Shown here: positions 39,210 to 52,666 of the stretch, piece by piece
Layout of the letters: every line of letters begins with the position of its first letter
Position numbering within the stretch: position 1 is the first letter of the stretch
NCBI GenBank assembly: GCA_963727625.1
Contig: CAVSHR010000011.1
Coordinates: forward strand, 128,001 to 192,000
Length of the DNA: 64,000 nt
Origin: an uncultured delta proteobacterium
GTDB lineage: Bacteria > Desulfobacterota > Binatia > UBA9968
Reading direction: 5' to 3'
Notes under the pieces: model-generated
Databases searched by the model: none
The model's input: the letters and a program-made list of their open reading frames with translations, nothing else
Told to the model about the DNA's origin: nothing
Made by a program: the position numbers and the translations under genes

Positions 39210-40346
39210 TTAACCGACTTTGAGCTGCTTCATGAACCAGTCTGCGATGTACGGCCGCCGATCGAATCGCTTTTGGCCGTGGCCGACGCCGTCGATCATG
39301 GATCGATCGGGCGAGTTAACGGCGTTTTCGTACAGATTGAGCGCGCCGCGCGGATCCATAACCCGGTCGTCGATGCTGTAACCGACCAGCAGCGGACATT
39401 CGATCTTCTGGGCTCTGCCAATCAACGTGAACTCTTTTATTTTTTCGCGCGCTTCTTTTAGATCCTTGGCGCCCATCAGCCAGCGCAGCCGGTCCTGAAT
39501 CGGCGGGTAGTAATCGAAGATATCGTCGACCAGGTTGTATGCGCCGCTCCAAACGGCCACCGCTTTGAGCCGTTTTTCCGCGGTCGCCGAGCGCGGCCCG
39601 GAGTAGCCGCCCATACTCGAGCCATGCAGGCCGATGCGATCGGGATCGACGTCGGAGCGGGTGACCAGGTAATCGAGCACTGCTTTGGTAAACCGTTCCG
39701 AATCGGCTGGCGCATAAAGCTTATGGTGGCGCAGCGTACCGCCGTGACCCGGACCGTCGACGTCGATGAACGACATGCCGCGGCGCGTGTACTGGCCGGC
39801 GCCGCCGTCTTCGCCGCGCAGTAAAATGCCGTCGGCGCCGCCGTAATTGAATACGACCGGAAGCTTGCTGCCGGCCTTGCCCCGGCCGGGCCAAAAGAGT
39901 CCCGGTAATTTATGCCCCTCGTAAGGGATTTCGACCCGTTCAAAGGGTGGGGTAACCAGGCTCCATGCGTTGGCGAAGTTTTCTTCAAGCTTTATGAAGA
40001 TTGGCAGCATGCGCGGATCGCTGTCGGGCATATAGACCACCGCGCGGCGATAAAAATCGACGGCGCGCAGATAAAATTCATGGGCGGTTTGCTTGCGGTC
40101 TTCCTGCGCGAACCCGGCGGCGAGCTCTTCGTTCTTCTTCGCCACATCCGTCCATTCTTTGTGCCAGCTTTCGAGGTTGAAAAATTTCACCCGCCGCGCC
40201 ACGCCGCGGACATCGGGGTCGGGGTGATCCGCGGAAACTTCCATGCGCACTTCCAACTGGCCGCCGCCGGGCAAGCCCTTCGCCGGATAAAGCAATTTCG
40301 CCGCTTGATCCCGCTCGAACACATCTCCGCCGCTTTTGCTTGCCAT
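39210..40346 (-). CDS. Alpha/beta hydrolase (2,6-dihydroxypseudooxynicotine hydrolase/FrsA-like)
   Basis: ERVEIPYEG, GGADG, VDGPGHG, DVDPDRIG..GSSMGGY; AAGGAG RBS. Confidence 0.85.
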   Translation of the reverse strand: MASKSGGDVFERDQAAKLLYPAKGLPGGGQLEVRMEVSADHPDPDVRGVARRVKFFNLESWHKEWTDVAKKNEELAAGFAQEDRKQTAHEFYLRAVDFYRRAVVYMPDSDPRMLPIFIKLEENFANAWSLVTPPFERVEIPYEGHKLPGLFWPGRGKAGSKLPVVFNYGGADGILLRGEDGGAGQYTRRGMSFIDVDGPGHGGTLRHHKLYAPADSERFTKAVLDYLVTRSDVDPDRIGLHGSSMGGYSGPRSATAEKRLKAVAVWSGAYNLVDDIFDYYPPIQDRLRWLMGAKDLKEAREKIKEFTLIGRAQKIECPLLVGYSIDDRVMDPRGALNLYENAVNSPDRSMIDGVGHGQKRFDRRPYIADWFMKQLKVG

Positions 40347-40599
40347 GCTCATCGCTCCTTTTGTATCCGGACAAATGGATTTTGTTCTTGTCTTTGCCCC
40401 AGTGAACCCGGAATTGCAAACGCGTGCTCGCCTGGAAACCGGCAACCCGCGGCTGCGCAGCATCGTCATCTGTGTGGCCGGCGATTAGGTCGGTCTGCCC
40501 CCTAGTTCTAACCACAAACTTGTCGGCAGCGCGAACAAACTGGCGTGGCGATACTTGCCGTCGAAAATTTGCGCTAGCAGGGGAGATAGTTTCTGCGGG

Positions 40600-41361
40600 T
40601 CAGCGGGCGTTCATGCGCTCTCGGCAGACTTCGACGAAGGCGGAAAACAAGCGCTGTTGAATTTTATGGTGCGGCGCCAGTACTTCCGGATGCCATTGGA
40701 CGCCAACGACGAAGCGGTGTTCGGTGCTTTCAATTCCCTCAATGACGCCGTCGTCAGCGACGGCGTTGACAACCAGACCGCGGCCCGGTTTTTTGACGGC
40801 CTGATGATGGGTGGTGTTAACCTTCAGACTGCGTCGGCCAAAAATGGCGAACAGATGAGAGCGGGTTTCAAGGCGAATCGGATGGTCGACGGCCGTTTTC
40901 CCGCCGCTTCGCTCATGGGCGCGGACGCCGGGAATTTGTTTCGAGATGTCCTGATACAACGACCCGCCAAAAACGACGTTGATGGCTTGGGCGCCACCGC
41001 AGATGCCCAAGATCGGCAGGTCGCGCCTTAACGCCGCGCCGGTTGTTTCCAGCTCGAAATCCGTGCGTGCCGCTTTGATTGCGCGAAGTTCTCGGATCGG
41101 CTTTTCACCGTAGTGGCGCGGGTGAATATCGAAATTTCCGCCGCTTACAACCAAACCGTTCAGAATGTCGAGAACCCGATCTATCGCGGATTTCGATCGA
41201 GCCGCTGGCAAAACGATCGGAATGCCGCCTGCGCTCTCAATCGCGCGCAGATAGCGCTCCGCCAGGAAGATGAGGTTCTCGTTGGGCTTATTGGCGCGCT
41301 CGCTGGCAACTTCGGAAACATCCGCGGTGATACCGATCAACGGGGCGGGGCCTCTGGTCAT
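40600..41361 (-). CDS. Gamma-glutamyl-gamma-aminobutyrate hydrolase family (peptidase C26)
   Basis: PLIGIT, PILGICGGAQ, VNTTHHQAV, GVQWHPE. Confidence 0.92.
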   Translation of the reverse strand: MTRGPAPLIGITADVSEVASERANKPNENLIFLAERYLRAIESAGGIPIVLPAARSKSAIDRVLDILNGLVVSGGNFDIHPRHYGEKPIRELRAIKAARTDFELETTGAALRRDLPILGICGGAQAINVVFGGSLYQDISKQIPGVRAHERSGGKTAVDHPIRLETRSHLFAIFGRRSLKVNTTHHQAVKKPGRGLVVNAVADDGVIEGIESTEHRFVVGVQWHPEVLAPHHKIQQRLFSAFVEVCRERMNAR

Positions 41362-43385
41362 TTTTGCGGTTCGTAAAGTCTCTTGTAAATTCGGTGATTA
41401 CGCATAACCAATTTAACATAGCCGCGGGTTTCCACATAGGGAATTCGCTCCACGAACTCCTCGACGTCGTCGGTGATGACTTCTTTCTCCCAGCGATCGA
41501 CCGCGGCTTCGCCGGCGTTGTACGCGGCGAGGGCTTTAGACCAGTCGTTTGAATAGCGCTGCAGCAAGTCCTTCAAGTATTGCGTGCCGAGGGTCAAATT
41601 CACTTCGGGATCATAGAGCCGCTCGCGCGATGGCGCGGCCATGCCCAGCTGCCTGGCGACACGGGCGGCCGTCTGGGGAATCAGTTGCATCAAGCCGAGC
41701 GCCGCGGCGGGCGAGCGGGCCCGCGGATCGAACAAGCTTTCCTGCCGGATCAACGACAACACGAGGTAAGGGTCGATCTCCCGTTCCTGCGCTTTCCGTT
41801 GAATCATTTCCCAAAAAGCCAGCGGATAACGGTAGAGGTTACGCTCCGACCGCGATTCCGGTAGCTGGTTGGCGAGCCGAAGGCTTCGGCCGAAGGCACG
41901 ATTGCGAAAATATTCCCGCATCAGCAGGATACGCAGTTTTCCTTTCGGTTTGGTGTTATTTATTTCGTCCAGCTCGGCCACCGCAAGCTGATGGAGCGAA
42001 AGTACGGCCAAATCGCGCTCCCGAAAGAGATGGAACGCGACATCGTCGGCCATCGGCGGATCCGGTTCTGCTACCGTCTCGGGCTTGACCTCTTCGGGCT
42101 CGTTGTAGGGGACATCCAAACGCGCAAGGCCGCGGACTGCGAGTTCCTGATAATAGGATTCGCCGCTGCTGCTGAGAATTCGACGGTATAAGCGCGTGGC
42201 GCTCTCCGTGTCGGCTAATTTTTCCGCGCTGCGCGCTTGCCAATAGGCCGCTGCGATGCCCAGGGCGTTGCTGCGCGATTGGCCTGCGAGCGCCTTAAAG
42301 GTCGCCATTGCCGAAGGGAGGTCGCCGTCGTTGTAATAAAGCCAGGCAAGACGCCAGCGCGAGTCGTCGCTCACCGGGCCACTCGACCGTTTGATGGCCC
42401 TTTCATATAGCGCTACGGCATCGTCTTTGCGGCCAAAAAATTCGTGAATATCCGCGGCGGCGAAAAGGGCACGGTCGACCTGTGGACTCGTCGGGTATTT
42501 TTCGATGACGATTTTAAAATACTCGAGTGCCTCGGCGTTATCGTGACGGTTCCAAAGAATCTGCGCGATCTGAAACAGCGCCTTGGGTGCTTCGCTGGTC
42601 TCCGGATATTCGCGCGCGATCTGCTCCAGCACGGGCATCGCGTCGCTGCGATTACGGACTGAAAGGTAGAGAGCGGCCAGCTTGCTTAGCAGCCGCAAGT
42701 GGAAATCGGCTTCGGATACGTTATTGAGTAGTTTCTTGTAGAGGATCTCGGCATCGGTGATCTGACGCTCGCGCGCCAGACGGTCGGCTTCGTCGGCCAG
42801 CATGGCAACCGTTTGGAACGGAAATAGCTCGGCATACTTCTCGCGCAACCGGGTCTGGGCCTTGCGCGCGGGGGCCGTCCAGCGTGAAATCGGGGCGACA
42901 TCGCGCAGCTCGTCATACCGTGCGTAGGCGCGCCGCGCGTCTCCCAGATTTTCTTGGACCCGTCCCTGGAGGTAGAGCGCTTCCTGGGCGACGTCGCGCT
43001 TCACGGTTTTTTCGTTCCGTAGCCGGCGCAGAGTTTCACCGGCCGGCGCATATTGCTCTTTGGCGATTTCGATCTTGGCTTGGAGCAGCGCCCCGGGTTG
43101 TGACCAGAGACTCTGCGGAAAGCGGAGTTTAAGCTCGGACAGGTGCTGGCGGGCCTGACCCCAATTGGATTCATTAAAGGCGATGACCGCGAGATAATAT
43201 AGGCTGTAATCGGCCAAACGAAACTCTGCGTCGAGGGTTCTTTGAAAGAGCTCCTTCGCTTCGGCGCCTTTGCCGTTGGAGTAGAGCGCATAGGCTTGGG
43301 CGAAGAGTTCCGCCGGCGCTTTGGTCTGAGAATAGAGCGGCGGGGAAAAAGCCAGTAGAATGACCAATACAATAAGTGGGCTCAT
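41358..43385 (-). CDS. Soluble lytic transglycosylase with TPR repeats
   Basis: Signal peptide, TPRs, IRQESLF, GLMQL, AAYNAG, IPYVETRGYV. Confidence 0.92.
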   Translation of the reverse strand: MSPLIVLVILLAFSPPLYSQTKAPAELFAQAYALYSNGKGAEAKELFQRTLDAEFRLADYSLYYLAVIAFNESNWGQARQHLSELKLRFPQSLWSQPGALLQAKIEIAKEQYAPAGETLRRLRNEKTVKRDVAQEALYLQGRVQENLGDARRAYARYDELRDVAPISRWTAPARKAQTRLREKYAELFPFQTVAMLADEADRLARERQITDAEILYKKLLNNVSEADFHLRLLSKLAALYLSVRNRSDAMPVLEQIAREYPETSEAPKALFQIAQILWNRHDNAEALEYFKIVIEKYPTSPQVDRALFAAADIHEFFGRKDDAVALYERAIKRSSGPVSDDSRWRLAWLYYNDGDLPSAMATFKALAGQSRSNALGIAAAYWQARSAEKLADTESATRLYRRILSSSGESYYQELAVRGLARLDVPYNEPEEVKPETVAEPDPPMADDVAFHLFRERDLAVLSLHQLAVAELDEINNTKPKGKLRILLMREYFRNRAFGRSLRLANQLPESRSERNLYRYPLAFWEMIQRKAQEREIDPYLVLSLIRQESLFDPRARSPAAALGLMQLIPQTAARVARQLGMAAPSRERLYDPEVNLTLGTQYLKDLLQRYSNDWSKALAAYNAGEAAVDRWEKEVITDDVEEFVERIPYVETRGYVKLVMRNHRIYKRLYEPQK

Positions 43386-43612
43386 CGGATGCGACTCGGG
43401 TTGAAAAAAGTTTAGCGAAGCTCGCGCCGGGATTCAAACAAAATGGCAGACAAAGGGGCGATTTCATGCGTCGAAAATACGAAACCGCGTTACAACGGCG
43501 CGGTTGTTTTTTTACCGGATGAACGTTATGGTCTTTTCCAATCGGCGCCCGTTTCCGCGAGCGCCGGCGCGCGTGGAAAAGCCGGGTCAAGAGTAAGGGG
43601 AGGAAGTTTTCT

Positions 43613-44044
43613 TTGAAAATTGAGGGTAGTTATACGTTCAATGCGCCGCGCGAGCGGGTCTGGGAGATTTTGCTCGATCCGAAGGTTATGGCGCAGTGCA
43701 TGCCGGGTTGCGAGAGTTTGAACGAAGTGGGTCCGGATCAATATGAAGCGGTCATGAAAGTCGGCGTTGCCTCGGTCAAAGGAACCTACAAGGGTAAGGT
43801 GGCGATCAAGGACAAACAGCCGCCCGCGCATTATGTTTTGAGCGGGGAAGGCTCCGGCGGGCCCGGCTTCATGCAGGGCGACGTGGCCATGGATCTCGAA
43901 GAGAGCAACGGCCAAACTGTGCTCAAGTACAGCACCGATGCAAAAATCGGCGGGCTCATCGCCAGTATCGGCCAGCGCATGCTCAACGGCGTGGCGAAAA
44001 TGATGGTCGACCAGTTTTTCAAGAAAATCGAAACCTTTGTTTAG
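43613..44044 (+). CDS. CoxG/SRPBCC family protein
   Basis: APRERVWEILLDP..MAQCMPGCE, GGLIASIGQRM; TTG start after GGGGAGG. Confidence 0.85.
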   Translation: MKIEGSYTFNAPRERVWEILLDPKVMAQCMPGCESLNEVGPDQYEAVMKVGVASVKGTYKGKVAIKDKQPPAHYVLSGEGSGGPGFMQGDVAMDLEESNGQTVLKYSTDAKIGGLIASIGQRMLNGVAKMMVDQFFKKIETFV

Positions 44045-44109
44045 CTGCTGCTCCGGCGAAGCGATTGTGAAATGCCACGATTGCTCGCTCACTTTGCTTA
44101 GTTCTCATC

Positions 44110-45003
44110 GTGGAACCTCTCGTAAGCGTGATAGTTCCTACCTTTAACCGTTGGCCGGTGGTCGGCGAAGCGGTCGAGTCGGTGTTCGCGCAGTCGTTTG
44201 CCGGTTATGAACTTCTCGTCGTCGATGATGGCTCTACGGATGGTACGGCCGCAGAATTGAAACGGTTCGATCGAAGATTGAAGTTGTTCGTCACCGAGCG
44301 AAAAGGTGTCTCGGCTGCGCGCAATTTTGCTGTGAGCCGGTCGTCCGGCCGTTATCTGGCGTTTCTCGATTCCGACGACCTCTGGCGGCCCGCCAAGCTG
44401 GTGCGCCAGACGGCGTTTATGGCCCAGCATCCCAAATGTCAAATCTGTCAGACCGAAGAGATTTGGATTCGCAACGGCGTCAGGGTCAATCCCAGGGCGG
44501 CCCACCAAAAACCTTCAGGCGATATCTTTGCGCGGAGCCTGGAGCTTTGCCTGGTCAGCCCTTCGGCCGTGATGATGACGCGGCAACTGTTCGACCGGGT
44601 CGGCGGCTTCGATGAAGCTTATCCGGTCTGCGAAGATTACGATCTGTGGTTGCGCATCGCAGTAGAGCATGAAGTTTCGTTGATTCCCGACCCGCTGGTC
44701 ATCAAGCGCGGCGGTCACGCCGATCAGCTGTCGCGCTCCATGTGGGGTATGGATCGTTATCGCGTGCAGGCGCTGGGGAAGCTCCTGCGCGGCGGGCTGG
44801 TAGGGGCGCGGCGCGCGGCGGCACTCGCAGCGCTGCGGCGAAAAGTTCTTGTGCTCGCCAACGGTGCGCGCAAGCGGGGCAAACAGCTTGAAGCGGCTGC
44901 TTTTGAGGCGATCCTTACGGAGTTTGATCAGGAGACGGTCGATGTCGGAGAGCACGATTCACGATTACGCCAAAGCGAAGGGTTTTCATCGGCAGACGCT
45001 TGA
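44110..45003 (+). CDS. Glycosyltransferase family 2
   Basis: VSVIVPTFNR, VVDDGSTDGT, GVSAARN, AFLDSDD, CEDYDLWLR. Confidence 0.92.
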   Translation: MEPLVSVIVPTFNRWPVVGEAVESVFAQSFAGYELLVVDDGSTDGTAAELKRFDRRLKLFVTERKGVSAARNFAVSRSSGRYLAFLDSDDLWRPAKLVRQTAFMAQHPKCQICQTEEIWIRNGVRVNPRAAHQKPSGDIFARSLELCLVSPSAVMMTRQLFDRVGGFDEAYPVCEDYDLWLRIAVEHEVSLIPDPLVIKRGGHADQLSRSMWGMDRYRVQALGKLLRGGLVGARRAAALAALRRKVLVLANGARKRGKQLEAAAFEAILTEFDQETVDVGEHDSRLRQSEGFSSADA

Positions 45004-45499
45004 ACGGTGGTTGAGCTGGGAGGCGGCGGACCGCGACGCTCTGGAACAAATCACCGTCAGTCTAAAGATCGGCGAAAACCATCTGCGCGACATGATGGAT
45101 TGGCTCGAAGAGATTTCGCTGCGCGATCGGGTAAAAATCATCGAGGTTTTAGCCAGCCAAGCGATCCTTGCGGTCAAGACCGATCCGCGCCTCGGCCGCG
45201 CCGATCGGTTCAAGCGCATTAAAGAACAGCTGCGGCGCCTGAGATTTCCACGCCTTGCCGGGATCGAGGATGAGATTCGACAGAAAATCCAAGCCCTCAA
45301 GCTTCCCGGTGAGATTCGTTTGAGCGTGCCGGCAGGTTTGGAAGGAGGGCGGCTACAAGTGGAATTTACCGCGGCCAGCCTAGCGGAGCTCCAGTCGTTC
45401 ACTGAAGCATTACGCGTGGCGGCGGCGAGCAATTTCGCGACTGATATTTTTAAGCTCCTGTCGGGGCGGCCGGCTGCCGAAGATCACGGGCAAAATTGA
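44942..45499 (+). CDS. Hypothetical helical protein preceding the SPL-like radical SAM gene
   Basis: AGGAG RBS; overlaps both neighbours; WLEEISLRD and RRLRFPRL motifs. Confidence 0.7.
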   Translation: MSESTIHDYAKAKGFHRQTLERWLSWEAADRDALEQITVSLKIGENHLRDMMDWLEEISLRDRVKIIEVLASQAILAVKTDPRLGRADRFKRIKEQLRRLRFPRLAGIEDEIRQKIQALKLPGEIRLSVPAGLEGGRLQVEFTAASLAELQSFTEALRVAAASNFATDIFKLLSGRPAAEDHGQN

Positions 45500-45510
45500 C
45501 GACGACGAAA

Positions 45511-46608
45511 ATGGCACGATTCCAATTCAAAGAGGTGGTTGTCGAGCGGGGCTCGGAATCGAGCCCGATCTACACCAATTTGCGCAGAGCGCTGCCAGAC
45601 TTGCCGTTTAGGAGCGTTGCGGAGGTTGCGCCGGGCGCAGGCGGAACCAGTTTATCCGCCGACCGCTTTGGCGCGGCAAAGCGGTCGCTTTACCTGACTC
45701 GCCATAAAGGCGACTTTTTTAAGAAATGCCCCGGCAGCGAGGGGCAGGTTTGCTGCAATTACTTCGTGATTAACTTTGCCAGCAATTGTCCGATGGATTG
45801 CAGCTATTGCTACTTGCAAGAGTATTTGGCCGACAACGCTTCGCTCAAGGTCTTCAGCAACGTGGACGATTTGATCAAAGAAGCCGACCGTACGCTGGCG
45901 CGGCATCGCGGGGTGTTCTTCCGCGTCGGCACGGGCGAAATTACCGATAGCTTGGCGCTGGAGCCGTACACCGGAATGGTTGGCGAGTTGATCCCCTATT
46001 TTGCCGCCCAGCCCAACGTGCTGCTCGAGCTCAAGACCAAAAGCGACTGCGTCGAGAGCTTGGTCGATCTCGATCCGAAAGGGCGGGTCGTGGTGGCGTG
46101 GTCGATGAATCCGCAACCCGTCATCGATCTCGACGAGCATGGCACGGCGTCGCTCTCTGCCCGTCTCGCGGCGGCGCGGCGCTGCCAGGACGCCGGTTAT
46201 CGCCTGGGATTTCACTTCGATCCGATGATCGAATATCCGGGCTGGGAATCCGACTATCGAGCCATGCTGGAGCAGACCTTTGCGACCATCGATTGGCGCA
46301 AGCTCTCCTGGCTAAGTCTCGGCGTTTTGCGCCAGACACCCGGACTCAAGCGCACCATGCGCGAGCGTTTCCCCAAAACGTCGCTTTTAACCGGTGAGCA
46401 GGTCCTCTGTCCCGACGGCAAGTGGCGTTATTATCAACCCCTGCGCGTCGAGATGTACCGCAAGATGGTGGGTTGGATTCGCCGCGCGGCGCCGACGGTC
46501 AAGATCTATCTCTGCATGGAGTCGCGCGAAGTCTGGGAGCAGGTTTTCGGCTTTGCGCCGGCTTGTGAGAAAGAGCTGGGCAATCAAATGGCGCCGGACC
46601 TCCATTAA
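45511..46608 (+). CDS. Spore photoproduct lyase-like radical SAM protein
   Basis: NCPMDCSYCYLQ, GTGEITDSL, ELKTKS, GFHFDP, YLCMES. Confidence 0.85.
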   Translation: MARFQFKEVVVERGSESSPIYTNLRRALPDLPFRSVAEVAPGAGGTSLSADRFGAAKRSLYLTRHKGDFFKKCPGSEGQVCCNYFVINFASNCPMDCSYCYLQEYLADNASLKVFSNVDDLIKEADRTLARHRGVFFRVGTGEITDSLALEPYTGMVGELIPYFAAQPNVLLELKTKSDCVESLVDLDPKGRVVVAWSMNPQPVIDLDEHGTASLSARLAAARRCQDAGYRLGFHFDPMIEYPGWESDYRAMLEQTFATIDWRKLSWLSLGVLRQTPGLKRTMRERFPKTSLLTGEQVLCPDGKWRYYQPLRVEMYRKMVGWIRRAAPTVKIYLCMESREVWEQVFGFAPACEKELGNQMAPDLH

Positions 46609-46620
46609 GCAAGGCGGAAC

Positions 46621-47421
46621 ATGCTCAGCAAGGACAGCGCCATCGGCGTATTTGATTCAGGCATCGGCGGGCTCACCGTTTTGCATCAAATTATCGCAGC
46701 GCTTCCGAGAGAGAACACGGTCTATTTGGGCGATACCGCCCGCGCACCCTACGGCACCAAGTCGGTCGACACGGTGCTGCGATATTCTTTTGAAAACAGC
46801 GAATTTCTCGTTGAAAAGGGAGTAAAAATTGTGGTCGTGGCTTGCAACACGTCGACCGCGGTCGCTCTCGAGCCGTTGAAAAGCAAGCTTGCCATTTCGG
46901 TGGTTGGCGTCATCGAACCCGGCGTGCGCCGCGCGATCGCGAGCACGAGGAATAAAAAAGTCGGCGTCATTGGTACCGAAGCGACGATTCAAAGCGGCGC
47001 TTACACCCGCGCGCTCAAGGCCTCGGACTCCTCGATCGAGGTCTACAGCAGGGCTTGTCCGCTATTCGTGCCGCTGGTGGAGGAAGGTTGGACGGACAAT
47101 GCAGTGGTCCATATGACCGTCAAAGCCTATCTGGAAAGCCTCAAACAGAGCGGCATCGACACGCTGATTCTTGGTTGCACCCATTATCCCCTATTGAAAA
47201 AGGCGATTCGCAAGTTCATGGGCAACGGTGTGCGCTTGGTCGATTCCGCCGAGGAGATTGCCGACGAAGTCGCGGCGCTGCTCAAACAATCTGCTCTGTC
47301 GAGAAAGATCGGCAAGGGGAGTCACGGTTTTTTCGTCACCGACGCGCCCGATCGCTTCATCAAAGTGGGAAGGCGTTTTCTTGGCGAAAAAGTCGAATCC
47401 GCGGTGCGTATCGAGCGTTAG
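46621..47421 (+). CDS. murI: Glutamate racemase
   Basis: FDSGIGGLTV, VACNTS, LGCTHYP. Confidence 0.97.
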   Translation: MLSKDSAIGVFDSGIGGLTVLHQIIAALPRENTVYLGDTARAPYGTKSVDTVLRYSFENSEFLVEKGVKIVVVACNTSTAVALEPLKSKLAISVVGVIEPGVRRAIASTRNKKVGVIGTEATIQSGAYTRALKASDSSIEVYSRACPLFVPLVEEGWTDNAVVHMTVKAYLESLKQSGIDTLILGCTHYPLLKKAIRKFMGNGVRLVDSAEEIADEVAALLKQSALSRKIGKGSHGFFVTDAPDRFIKVGRRFLGEKVESAVRIER

Positions 47422-47544
47422 AAAAGAGTCCACCGCGTTTCTCAACCGAGGCTTTAAGTTGCCGGCGGAATCAGGTATTTTAACGCTATCTAATATTGTC
47501 GAGAATTCCTTCACAAGCAAACAGGTAGGGAGCAAGTTCATCGC

Positions 47545-51138
<3,594 letters not shown>

Positions 51139-51159
51139 AAGGACTACGGGATGACGGGT

Positions 51160-51265
51160 TTCAGGACTGAATGCTGAGCACTTAGCGCTTAGCTCTCCGC
51201 AGGCTGCCCTCTGCGCTTTCCCCTGAGCCTTCTTGCGGCTGCTTTCTGCCAGCTGCCCTCTGCGC
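51160..51265. repeat. Degenerate short-repeat intergenic tract
   Basis: CTGA/CTTAG heptamer-like run and GCTGCCCTCTGCG occurring twice between convergent genes. Confidence 0.4.
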
Positions 51266-51279
51266 GCTTTTACCTCCCC

Positions 51280-52665
51280 CTACCCGTGAGCCGTTAGCTC
51301 TGCTGCGGAGGTTTTGTCGGCTTCGATAGGATGGACCGCCGGCGGTGCGCCGCCGCCCGCGCCCAATTTGATTATTCGATCTTTGAAGGCATGCAGGTCC
51401 TTGGTGGCGTTTCGGGTATCGATCACCAGCTCCGCCGCTTGGACGATCTCGTAAAAGTTATAAGCGCTGTGGTCGGTCAAAATAATCACGCAATCATGCG
51501 CGGCGATATTTGCCGGAGAAACGTCGATCGATTTTAGCGTGCTCTCGCCCATCCGTAAGTTCGGCACGAGCGGATCGTTGTAGGAGAGAATCGCGCCCTT
51601 TTCTTGCAACAGCCGCATGACGTCAAGCGCGGGGGATTCGCGACAATCGCTGACGTCTTTCTTGTAAGCGACTCCTAAAATCACGATTTTGGAACCACGG
51701 ATGCTCTTGGAGGCGCGGTTGAGGCCGTCGGCCACCAGGCCCGTCACGACCGACGGCATCATGCCATTAATTTCCGCGGCCAAGCCGATGAAGCGGGCCT
51801 GGAAATTAAGCGCCTTGAGTTTCCACGCAAGATAATGCGGATCGATCGGGATGCAGTGGCCGCCGAGTCCCGGCCCAGGATAAAACGGGCTGAAGCCGAA
51901 AGGCTTGGTTGCGGCGGCGTCGATCACTTCATAAACGTCGACGCCTAAAAGATCGCACATCAAGGCGAGTTCATTGACCATACCGATGTTGACGCTACGG
52001 AACGTATTTTCCAGCAGTTTGACCATCTCGGCGCATTTGGTGCTGCTCACCGGGATCACGCGCTCGATGAACTGCGAATAGAACAAACGCGCGATTTCCG
52101 TGCATTGGGCGGTGATGCCGCCGACGATTTTCGGCGTGTTGTGGGTGTTGAAACTAGCGTTGCCCGGATCGATGCGTTCCGGCGAGAACGCGACGCAGAA
52201 GTCGCTCCCCACCCTCAGTCCGGAAACTTCGAGCTCCGGTACGATCAGCTCGTCGGTCGTGCCTGGATAGGTCGTGCTTTCGAGCACGACCAGCTCGCCG
52301 CGATGCAAGTAATTGCGAATCTCCTGCGTCGCAGAAAGAATGAATGAAATATCCGGATCTCGGCTTTTGCTCAGCGGCGTCGGCACGCAGATGCTGACGG
52401 TGTCCGCCTTCGCGAGCGCGCTGAAATCGGATGTGGGTGTGAATTTCCCCGAGCGAACGGTATCGGCGATGAGTTGTTCCGGAACGTCAAGGATGTAGGA
52501 CTTGCCTTGCTCCAGCGCGGCAATTTTCTTGCCGTCGAGATCGATGCCGATCACATCAAACCCGGCGGCGGCGATCTCCATGGCCAAGGGCAAACCCACG
52601 TAGCCCAGTCCGATCACGGCGGCCGTCGCACGGCGATTTTCGAGTTTGGTCTTAAGCGCGTTCAA
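51280..52665 (-). CDS. Nucleotide-sugar dehydrogenase (UDP-GlcNAc 6-dehydrogenase-like)
   Basis: GLGYVGLP, ICVPTP, ESTTYPG, SPERIDPG, GGHCIPIDP, GVAYKK. Confidence 0.93.
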   Translation of the reverse strand: MNALKTKLENRRATAAVIGLGYVGLPLAMEIAAAGFDVIGIDLDGKKIAALEQGKSYILDVPEQLIADTVRSGKFTPTSDFSALAKADTVSICVPTPLSKSRDPDISFILSATQEIRNYLHRGELVVLESTTYPGTTDELIVPELEVSGLRVGSDFCVAFSPERIDPGNASFNTHNTPKIVGGITAQCTEIARLFYSQFIERVIPVSSTKCAEMVKLLENTFRSVNIGMVNELALMCDLLGVDVYEVIDAAATKPFGFSPFYPGPGLGGHCIPIDPHYLAWKLKALNFQARFIGLAAEINGMMPSVVTGLVADGLNRASKSIRGSKIVILGVAYKKDVSDCRESPALDVMRLLQEKGAILSYNDPLVPNLRMGESTLKSIDVSPANIAAHDCVIILTDHSAYNFYEIVQAAELVIDTRNATKDLHAFKDRIIKLGAGGGAPPAVHPIEADKTSAAELTAHG

Positions 52666-52666
52666 A

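Noticed and set aside
43613-44044. CO oxidation gene cluster
   Set aside because: Only a coxG-like gene is present; no coxLMS in the window
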